In this document: one piece after another, positions 56,721 through 64,000 of the stretch
How the letters are laid out: each line of letters begins with the position of its first letter
Position numbering within the stretch: the stretch's first letter is position 1
NCBI GenBank assembly: GCA_046483045.1
Contig: JAWODY010000081.1
Location: forward strand, 7,502-71,501
DNA: 64,000 nt
Direction: 5' to 3'
DNA from: Anaerolineales bacterium
GTDB taxonomy: Bacteria; Chloroflexota; Anaerolineae; Anaerolineales; UBA11858
Notes under the pieces: generated by a model
What the model was told of the DNA's origin: nothing
Seen by the model: the letters and a program-made list of their open reading frames with translations, nothing else
Database searches by the model: none
Program-made: the position numbers and the translations under genes

Positions 56721-57782
56721 ATGAGCGCAACCCGAGAGGATTTCAAAAATAAGATTCAATCCCAGAAAGCTGAAATCGCCAAAGAGATTGTCGATCGGCA
56801 GTACTCGCGAGCGAGAGAGCGCTGGGAGCCGTACGGTGACACAGGTTACCAAAAAAGCCTGCGCGACATCAAATACCATCTGGAGTACCTATCCCAAGCC
56901 GCCGCTTCCTCCAGCCCGAGATTATTTCTCGACTATATCAGCTGGGTTAAGGTCTTGTTTGCGCGGCTGGATTTCTCTCCCAGCGTTCTTCCCACCACCC
57001 TGCGGTTGATCCGTCAGGTGTTAGAGGAGAAACTGGCGCCGGAGATGTTTTCCATAGCGAAAACCTATCTGGACAGCGCTGAAGATCGCCTGGAACACAG
57101 CCCGGAATCTTTGGGGAGTGAATTGGAAGGAGAACAGCCCCTGGCAGATCTCTCCCGGTCCTACCTCGATCTGCTCCTCAACAGCCAACGAGCACAAGCT
57201 TCAGAACTGATCCAGGAAGCTGTGGCCAAGGGAGTACCGGTAAAAGATATCTACCTGCACGTCTTCCAGCGCACCCAACATGAGGTAGGCAGGCTGTGGC
57301 AGATGAATGAGATCAGCGTAGCCCATGAACATTACTGCACCGCCGCCACCCAATTGATCATGTCCCAGCTCTACCCTCACATCCTATCCACAGAAAAAAC
57401 CGGACGCCATATGATTATGACCTGTGTGGGCGATGAGCTGCACGAACTGGGCGCCCGCATGGTGGCGGATTTCTTTGAAATGGAAGGTTGGGACACGTAT
57501 TATCTGGGAGCCAACACCCCCCTTAACGATATCATATCCACTTTGGAGGAGAAGAAACCTGATCTATTGGGCATATCTACCACAATCACCTACCATCTGG
57601 ACAAGATGGGCGACGTCATCCAGGCGGTGAACGAATCTCCCGATTTGAGCAAGATCCCCATCCTGGTTGGCGGCAGACCGTTCAATATCGACCCCGAGTT
57701 ATGGCAGAAAGTAGGCGCTGACGGTCAAGCCGCAGACGCCCAGGAAGCCATTCGGGCAGGATCAGACCTTGTCCTCCGCTGA
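56721..57782 (+). CDS. Cobalamin-binding sensor protein (globin/phycobiliprotein-like N-domain + B12 cap + Rossmann B12-binding domain)
   Basis: GRLWQMNEISVAHEH (W-x9-EH), DELHELGARMV, LGANTP, LGISTT, VGGRPF. Confidence 0.88.
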   Translation: MSATREDFKNKIQSQKAEIAKEIVDRQYSRARERWEPYGDTGYQKSLRDIKYHLEYLSQAAASSSPRLFLDYISWVKVLFARLDFSPSVLPTTLRLIRQVLEEKLAPEMFSIAKTYLDSAEDRLEHSPESLGSELEGEQPLADLSRSYLDLLLNSQRAQASELIQEAVAKGVPVKDIYLHVFQRTQHEVGRLWQMNEISVAHEHYCTAATQLIMSQLYPHILSTEKTGRHMIMTCVGDELHELGARMVADFFEMEGWDTYYLGANTPLNDIISTLEEKKPDLLGISTTITYHLDKMGDVIQAVNESPDLSKIPILVGGRPFNIDPELWQKVGADGQAADAQEAIRAGSDLVLR

Positions 57783-57796
57783 AAAAGGGTAATGAG

Positions 57797-59308
57797 ATGA
57801 ACAGTCCCACAGACGCTCCTTGTTTGGCTGTGATCTGCAACCCATATGGAGTAGTGACTCAGGTGCTCCGGGATGATCTGGAGATCATGGACCAACACAG
57901 GGAGTCCTCCCCCTTTCCAACGCTCACGGATCCTGACAGCACCCAGAAAGCCTTCCACTTCCTGGAAACCCTCAGAGACCAGGGAGCCGTTTCCAACTGG
58001 GAGTTGGTTGTTTCAGATAAGGAAACCCTGCGGACATTTCACTTTTCGGGCGGGCATATTGGCGAAGAAATGCTCATCGTCGGTTCAACGACGGCTTCCA
58101 AAACGGAGGAGCAGTTTCAAGATATGATGCGCATTTGCACCCAGCAGACGAACATGCTCCGGGAGCAAGCCAAACAAAACACTAAGACAGCGCAGATGAA
58201 AGATCAAAACGAAGAAGTGATCGACGATCTCAGCCGGTTGAATAACCAACTGGTTTCCACCCAACGAGAACTGGCCAAGAAAAACCAGGCCCTAGAAGCC
58301 CTTTACGGGGCGGAGCAGCGCCGGGTCAGAGAGCTGAATTCTTTATACCAGGCAACCACCTCGTTGCTCTCCACGCTGGACCTGGACCCCCTGCTGGAGG
58401 ATATCCTGGAAGCGGCTTTCGAGGCCCTCCCCCAGGCCCAGAAAGGGATACTGATATTGAAAAAGAGAACAGGTACAGACATGAAGGTGAAGACCTCCCG
58501 GGGATGGGACGAAAGGCCTGAGATCGAAGAGATCACAGCCGCCGCCGGAGACGAGATTGAAAAAGCCCACAAACTGCGAAAGCCGCTGGTCATCGACCGC
58601 CCTCCTAGGGAAGAGAACCGGCCCCTCTTCAAAGGCACTTCCAGTGAGGGCTCAGGCCTGATCATCCCCCTGGTCATGGGCCAGGAGATCACCGGGGATT
58701 TGATCCTCTACACAACTGATGCACAGGCTTTGGAGAAAGCGGACCTGCAGTTATGGCAGGCATTCGGGGCCACCGCCACAGCAGCGATCCAAAATGCGTA
58801 CCTGCATGAGCGGATCCAGAAGCTGGCCATAACGGATCCGCTGACCGGGATCCACAATCGGCGCGGGGTCACCTTCCTCGCCCGCCAACAGTTGAGACAA
58901 GCCAGGCGGTACGACCGGCCTTTGACGCTGCTGATGCTCGATCTTGACCACTTCAAACGCGTCAACGACAAGCACGGGCACCAGGTGGGGGATCAGGTGC
59001 TTGCTGAGGTCTCCCGCCGTTTTAAGGAAGAACTCCGGGAAGCGGACCTCCTCGGACGTTACGGGGGAGAAGAATTCATCATTCTGCTTCCAGAAACGAC
59101 AAAGAAAGAAGGCGAACGAATCGCCCACCGCCTGCTGAAAAGCATACGGAACCAGGCAGTGGAAACCGATGCGGGGGAGATTAAGATCACAATCAGCATC
59201 GGACTGGCTTTCAAAGAAACGGACCCTGAACTGGATAAGCTGATCGAGGAGGCGGACAAAGCCTTGTACCGCGCAAAAGATATGGGCCGAGATCAAGTCC
59301 AAAGTTGA
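57797..59308 (+). CDS. Diguanylate cyclase (PAS-like + coiled coil + GAF + GGDEF)
   Basis: TDPLTGIHNRR, DLDHFKRVND, READ I-site, RYGGEEF. Confidence 0.93.
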   Translation: MNSPTDAPCLAVICNPYGVVTQVLRDDLEIMDQHRESSPFPTLTDPDSTQKAFHFLETLRDQGAVSNWELVVSDKETLRTFHFSGGHIGEEMLIVGSTTASKTEEQFQDMMRICTQQTNMLREQAKQNTKTAQMKDQNEEVIDDLSRLNNQLVSTQRELAKKNQALEALYGAEQRRVRELNSLYQATTSLLSTLDLDPLLEDILEAAFEALPQAQKGILILKKRTGTDMKVKTSRGWDERPEIEEITAAAGDEIEKAHKLRKPLVIDRPPREENRPLFKGTSSEGSGLIIPLVMGQEITGDLILYTTDAQALEKADLQLWQAFGATATAAIQNAYLHERIQKLAITDPLTGIHNRRGVTFLARQQLRQARRYDRPLTLLMLDLDHFKRVNDKHGHQVGDQVLAEVSRRFKEELREADLLGRYGGEEFIILLPETTKKEGERIAHRLLKSIRNQAVETDAGEIKITISIGLAFKETDPELDKLIEEADKALYRAKDMGRDQVQS

Positions 59309-59328
59309 ACTACCTCCTCTTTAAAGAT

Positions 59329-59353
59329 AAAAACGCCGTCTGAACGACGGCGT
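59329..59353 (-). terminator. Terminator between the converging DGC and tRNA genes
   Basis: ACGCCGTC-tgaac-GACGGCGT stem with U-run on minus. Confidence 0.7.
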
Positions 59354-59362
59354 CTCATCTTA

Positions 59363-59435
59363 TGCCCCCACGGAGATTCGAACTCCGGTCTTGACCTTGA
59401 AAGGGTCATGTCCTGGTCCCCTAGACGATGGGGGC
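59363..59435 (-). tRNA. tRNA-Glu (anticodon TTC), CCA not encoded
   Basis: GCCCCCA/TGGGGGC acceptor stem; TGACC-CTTTCAA-GGTCA anticodon arm; GTTCGAATC T-loop. Confidence 0.97.
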
Positions 59436-59542
59436 TAGAATCCCACCCTAAACAACAGGGTAAGCGGCAAAAATTTTACCATCCCAAGGGAAGAGGGTCA
59501 ACCCCTCAGCTCCCCAAGCTGACCACCCTGCTCAACCTGCCC

Positions 59543-60079
59543 TCATTCAACATCCTTGCGCACCTCGTGCTGGAATGTGGCAATGTGCGTACGGTTGAGG
59601 AGCATGGCCGGGGCGGTCACGTAAAGATCCGGATGTTCTATGGAACGCACACTGGTTTCATAAAGGGGCAAGAAATCCCAATGCCCTCCGGAAATCAATG
59701 CTGAAAAATCAAAGGGTCCGAACCACTCCAGGATCCCATCATATTCATAGACCGCATTCGTGATCTGAACATCAAAACGGTGAAACCGCTCATACCCCGC
59801 CCGCTTCAACCCTTTGGGTCCGACATCCTGGCGCCGTTTCAACCCAGCGCTGTGAATATGGTCCTTTAACACCCGGACGGCCTTCATTTCCTTGATCAGC
59901 GAGTTAGGATTGCGAACCCGCGCTAAACTGGCCTCCGTGACGATGATATAAGAGCTCGTGTTATCGGTGAGCAGCCCCTGCAGCCCGGTATTGGTCACCT
60001 TGACCTCTCCCAAAATGCGGTAGCTCGCAGTCAGGATGTGGGCCGGGATAATACGGGTTGTCAAACCGCTGCGGTTCAT
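59543..60079 (-). CDS. Hypothetical protein with two similar beta-rich halves (DUF6812-like)
   Basis: HILTASYRILGEV…YIIVTEASL and QITNAVYEYDGIL…FLPLYETSV…LLNRTHI. Confidence 0.65.
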   Translation of the reverse strand: MNRSGLTTRIIPAHILTASYRILGEVKVTNTGLQGLLTDNTSSYIIVTEASLARVRNPNSLIKEMKAVRVLKDHIHSAGLKRRQDVGPKGLKRAGYERFHRFDVQITNAVYEYDGILEWFGPFDFSALISGGHWDFLPLYETSVRSIEHPDLYVTAPAMLLNRTHIATFQHEVRKDVE

Positions 60080-60296
60080 AGGAACTCCCAAGTCAGGAGC
60101 TGTTTATAGGTCTCCCCAACTTGCTCATATACAAAGATGTACGGGGAAACAACCAGCTGGCAAAAACCCAAGCTGGTCTGGTTAATGTTGTCATGCAAAC
60201 TGGTAAAAGGATATGATTTTAAAACTTCAGAAAGTCCATCCATGTGCGCAGCAAATCAACATAAAAAATGCGCTGGTCAGGAAGGATTTTCTCGGA

Positions 60297-61043
60297 TCAA
60301 TCTTCTGCTTCATCCACGATGACAACGCCAGCGCTGGCGCCAATTCTGGAGGCCCCAGCCCTGATCATGTCCCGGGCTTTCTCATAGCTGCCTATCCCCC
60401 CCGCAGCCTTCACTTTAAGGTCCGGCGCAACCAGCCGAAACATCAACTCCACATCCTCAAGGACCGCCCCTCCTGAACTGAACCCGGTGGAAGTCTTTAC
60501 GTAATCCGCTCCTGCTTCCTTGACCAGCAAACAGGCCATGATTTTCTCCGACCGGGAAAGAAGGGCAGTTTCTATGATCACCTTTAAGAGCGTATCCTGC
60601 GCATGAACGATCTGGGCCACAGCGAGAATGTCTTTCAGGACAACGCCATATGCTTTCCCCTTCAGGGCCCCGATGTTCAGGACCATATCGATCTCATCTG
60701 CTCCGGCGCTCACGCTGCTGGATGCTTCCATGGCCTTCACCGCGGTCATGTTCGCGCCCAAGGGGAAACCAGCCACCGCGCAGACATCCACATCCGTACC
60801 CCGGCATTTCTCTGCAGCCAGCGGGACATTGACGGGATTAACACAGACCGAGGCGAAGCCGTACTCCACAGCTTCGGAACACAAATCGATGATCTGATCC
60901 GGGTCCGCATCCGGATGGAGGTTTGTGTGGTCGATCCAGCGCGCGATTTCCTTCCCCTCGGGCATCACAAGAGGCTCCGGGGCAGGGGGAAGCTCCCCCC
61001 TGTACTCCTGCATCTTTTCGACGAGATCAGGGATGTTCAACAT
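60297..61043 (-). CDS. deoC: Deoxyribose-phosphate aldolase
   Basis: IDHTNL, GFPLGA, EIDMV, LKVIIET, VKTSTGF, VKAAGGI, RIGAS. Confidence 0.96.
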   Translation of the reverse strand: MLNIPDLVEKMQEYRGELPPAPEPLVMPEGKEIARWIDHTNLHPDADPDQIIDLCSEAVEYGFASVCVNPVNVPLAAEKCRGTDVDVCAVAGFPLGANMTAVKAMEASSSVSAGADEIDMVLNIGALKGKAYGVVLKDILAVAQIVHAQDTLLKVIIETALLSRSEKIMACLLVKEAGADYVKTSTGFSSGGAVLEDVELMFRLVAPDLKVKAAGGIGSYEKARDMIRAGASRIGASAGVVIVDEAED

Positions 61044-61075
61044 GGAATGATTTCTCCTCAGGCAGGAAAGATAGG

Positions 61076-61663
61076 TTAATTGGACGCGGAAACCGGATTG
61101 GTCTGTTGAATCAAACCCCACGATTCGGGGGGCCAGTAAACGAAAAAAGCTTCGCCGATCACGTTCTCCATGGGCACCACGCCCCAGTTGTGAGAATCGG
61201 ATGAATTGTTGCGGTTATCACCCAACACAAAAAGCGCTTCATCGGGCACATCCCACTCGCCCTCATACACCGGGGGAGCGTTGAGGTAGGGTTCGGACAC
61301 CTCCTGGCTGTTGACGTACACCTTCTGGTCTTCAATCCGCACATGATCACCGGGAAGGCCAATCACCCGCTTGATGTACTCCTGGGTGATATTGCGGGGA
61401 TAATCAAAGACCACGATATCGCCCCGCTGCGGCTCTCCAAAGCGGTAATTTAATTTACTGACAATGATAAATTCGCCGTGATGCAGCGTAGGTTCCATGC
61501 TGGACCCGTCAATTTTAATCCGGGCGGACACGGCATTGATGATCAAAAAAAGGATCACCGAGAGAAGCAGCGTCTCCAAAATATCAACCACGACGTTAAG
61601 GAGGCTAGGGCGTTTCTCTTTTTCTTTGATCTCTTCAGCAGGCAGCTTGAAATCTGGTTTCAT
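61076..61663 (-). CDS. lepB: Signal peptidase I
   Basis: GSSMEPTL, YIKRVIGLPGD, LGDNRNNSSDSH. Confidence 0.96.
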   Translation of the reverse strand: MKPDFKLPAEEIKEKEKRPSLLNVVVDILETLLLSVILFLIINAVSARIKIDGSSMEPTLHHGEFIIVSKLNYRFGEPQRGDIVVFDYPRNITQEYIKRVIGLPGDHVRIEDQKVYVNSQEVSEPYLNAPPVYEGEWDVPDEALFVLGDNRNNSSDSHNWGVVPMENVIGEAFFVYWPPESWGLIQQTNPVSASN

Positions 61664-61809
61664 AGCAAATGTTCTTCTCTTTCAACGTAAACCGATTATA
61701 TATTGGGAATGGGCGGGGGGCAAGGGTCCCAAATCCGCCGACGATCCTCCAAACATCCGCCCGGAGAGGGTTCTGGTCCGCATCCCGGGGCAGCTCCAGG
61801 GATGCGGCT

Positions 61810-63180
61810 TCAGCTGGCGCGCATTTTAATCCGGATCGGGGTGCCCAGAAAGGGGGTATGTTCCCGGATTTGATTTTCAATGTAGCGTAGGTAGGAAAAA
61901 TGAGCCCAGTCCGGGTCATTGACATGCAGCAGGATCAGGGGGGGGTCCGTTTTGACCTGGGTGCCGTAAAAGATCCTGAGATGGTTGCCGGATTTAGATG
62001 GGGCGGGATGCTTGTCCTGGGCCCGCTGTAAAATGCGGTTGAGTTGTGATGTAGGCATGCGGTAGGTGCGCTGGTCGAAGACCTCCAGGGCGGTGGGCAG
62101 GATCTGATCCACCCGCTGCCCTGTTTTCGCAGAGGTAAAGAGGATGGGCACATAATCCATGAAGCTCAATCTATAACGCACAAATTCCGTGTATTCAGCC
62201 ATGGTGTGAGTATCCTTGTGCACCAGATCCCATTTGTTGACGATGACCACGACGCTCTTCCATTCTTCCAGGATCCGCCCGGCGATGTGGGCATCCTGGG
62301 ACCTGACTCCCTCATACCCGTCAATCACCAGCAGGCAGACATCGGAACGCTCGATGGCCTTGAAGGCGCGGATGACGCTGTATTTTTCCACGCCGGTTTC
62401 GACGCTGCCCCGCTTGCGGATGCCGGCCGTATCGATGAGGGTAATCGGGGTTTGATCGTACACCAAGCGGGTATCAATGGAATCCCTGGTCGTCCCCGGG
62501 ATGGGGCTGACGATGACCCGCTCCTCACCCAGGATCCGGTTCAACAGACTGGACTTGCCCACATTGGGTTTACCAACAATCGAAAAGTGAACAGAAGCAT
62601 CCGGCTCTTCTTCTCCACGTTCGGGAAATGCCTCCACAACGGCATCCAGGAGATCGCCCACACCCGTGCCGTGAATGGCCGATACGGCATGCAATTTTTC
62701 AAAACCCAGCTCGAAAAATTGGACCGCATTGTCCCGCGCACGCTGGCTTTCGCACTTATTTGCCACCAAAATCACGGGGGGAAACGGTTCCCCGCCGCGG
62801 ACTTCCTGCCGTTTCCGCAGCACATCTCCAATTTCGCGGTCCGCTGCCGTGACCCCGTCCTGACCGTCGACCACAAAGAGCACCACATCCGCCTCGCGGA
62901 TGGCGATATCCGCCTGACCCCGTATGTGCTCGATGTATTGATGCGAGCCCACCGAAAGGGGCTCTTTGCGCTTCCCGAACCCCGCCTGGGTGGGATCGAT
63001 CCCCCCGGTGTCAATGATGTCAAAATACACCCCCGCCCATTCCGCTTCCGCGAGCAGCCGGTCCCGCGTGGTACCCGGGATCTCATCCACAATGGCCAGG
63101 CGTCGTTCTGCAAACCGGTTAAAAAGTGTGCTCTTCCCTACGTTGGGACGTCCAACAATGGCAACAACTGGTTTTCTCAT
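61810..63180 (-). CDS. der: Ribosome biogenesis GTPase Der/EngA
   Basis: Two G domains (GRPNVGKS, GKPNVGKS, GTTRD twice) plus KH-like C-terminus. Confidence 0.98.
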   Translation of the reverse strand: MRKPVVAIVGRPNVGKSTLFNRFAERRLAIVDEIPGTTRDRLLAEAEWAGVYFDIIDTGGIDPTQAGFGKRKEPLSVGSHQYIEHIRGQADIAIREADVVLFVVDGQDGVTAADREIGDVLRKRQEVRGGEPFPPVILVANKCESQRARDNAVQFFELGFEKLHAVSAIHGTGVGDLLDAVVEAFPERGEEEPDASVHFSIVGKPNVGKSSLLNRILGEERVIVSPIPGTTRDSIDTRLVYDQTPITLIDTAGIRKRGSVETGVEKYSVIRAFKAIERSDVCLLVIDGYEGVRSQDAHIAGRILEEWKSVVVIVNKWDLVHKDTHTMAEYTEFVRYRLSFMDYVPILFTSAKTGQRVDQILPTALEVFDQRTYRMPTSQLNRILQRAQDKHPAPSKSGNHLRIFYGTQVKTDPPLILLHVNDPDWAHFSYLRYIENQIREHTPFLGTPIRIKMRAS

Positions 63181-63215
63181 AATTCGTTTCGGGGGGTAAA
63201 CGGGCACTGCAAAAG

Positions 63216-64000
63216 CTACCCTTCTGGGGTTGACCCGTTGGAAGGTTCAATGGTGACTTCGACGGTTCCCGGCAAGATGGTCTCCATACTGACGTCTTTT
63301 GGCAGGATCTCCACCTCGGGCGTGACTTTGTGGACCCCCTCTTCAAGATCACTTAAATCCACGATCACCCGCACATCCCGCTGGGTCAAATTGTCCAATG
63401 TGGGCACAGGACCGTAGATCCCGATATCAACAATGGGAGGTGAAACCTCCGCCTTGAATCCGGGCAAAAGGCCAATGACCTCGACCTCTCTGGTGATTGT
63501 CATGTTCGTCTTAATGGTAGTCACGTTGACCTGCACGAGCACGGTGGGATCGCCCACCACGGTGACCCCTTCCGGCAGATCCAATTCCAGAATGGTCTCC
63601 ATATAATCATCCACTCCGGTTAAATCCAGCGGTTCGGTATTCACGTACCCCGGAAGCTCCTCCACCAACTGGGGGTTCTCGGAAAAGATCATCACGGTGG
63701 GGGGGTTGGGCGTGATGCTGGTGAACAGGTAGCCCTCTGCTGCTTTCCCCTGGGTGACCACGTTGACTGCCACATTTCGATATCCGCCCTGGAGGACAAT
63801 TTGTTGTTCGACTTCCACGGATGTGGGTTCGAGGTCGATCTCCGCCACCTGCTTTCCCTCGTTGTCATAAGGGACAAGAGGGATCTCTTTATTGATGGTT
63901 TCATCTGCGTTCGAAATGTCCAGTTCAGCCTTGACCGTATCGACTTTCTGCACCTGGGTTTCTCGTCCCGAGACGGAGACCATCTCGTCGGACCAATTCA
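63216..64000 (-). CDS. YbbR/CdaR-like repeat protein (partial, 5' end beyond window)
   Basis: Repeated beta-rich units (VSVSG…, VDIGIYGP…VIVDLSDL..G…P.VEV). Confidence 0.75.
   Translation of the reverse strand, partial: NWSDEMVSVSGRETQVQKVDTVKAELDISNADETINKEIPLVPYDNEGKQVAEIDLEPTSVEVEQQIVLQGGYRNVAVNVVTQGKAAEGYLFTSITPNPPTVMIFSENPQLVEELPGYVNTEPLDLTGVDDYMETILELDLPEGVTVVGDPTVLVQVNVTTIKTNMTITREVEVIGLLPGFKAEVSPPIVDIGIYGPVPTLDNLTQRDVRVIVDLSDLEEGVHKVTPEVEILPKDVSMETILPGTVEVTIEPSNGSTPEG

Noticed and set aside
53778-59435. Integrative element inserted at tRNA-Glu
   Set aside because: No integrase and no duplicated tRNA 3' end (att site) were found in the window
1-64000. CRISPR array or rRNA
   Set aside because: No regularly spaced 25-40-bp repeats and no rRNA-like sequence were seen

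Overview
This is 64 kb of a gene-dense bacterial chromosome. The gene content and protein style suggest Chloroflexota (Anaerolineae-like); that assignment is inference. Housekeeping genes include gatC-gatA, trpS, typA, dnaB plus a DnaD-like gene and a tandem-AAA+ DnaC-like loader gene, ppa, tRNA-Glu(TTC), deoC, lepB, der and a partial YbbR/CdaR gene. Accessory blocks include a metal cluster (arsR-arsM, copB, rhodanese lipoprotein, OmpR/HAMP two-component system, two SHOCT proteins), a usp gene followed by a 2871-aa cyclic beta-1,2-glucan synthase-like gene, a baeRF-family protein, and a decayed region at about 43.8-47.9 kb full of gene fragments. The most notable observations are: (1) an unannotated 334-aa protein with an intact R-S-E ADP-ribosyltransferase motif set; (2) a two-gene module of a phycobiliprotein-like/CarH-type B12-binding sensor and a PAS-like-GAF-GGDEF cyclase; (3) two promoters sharing four 11-bp-phased T(G/A)AAG repeats at identical spacing to the -10 box, defining a probable copper regulon; (4) tiny lipoproteins and a vWA protein with a Cys-TM-basic C-terminal tail; (5) many short gene relics. 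No CRISPR array, rRNA, integrase or transposase was seen. All family calls come from motif recognition by eye; no database searches were run.
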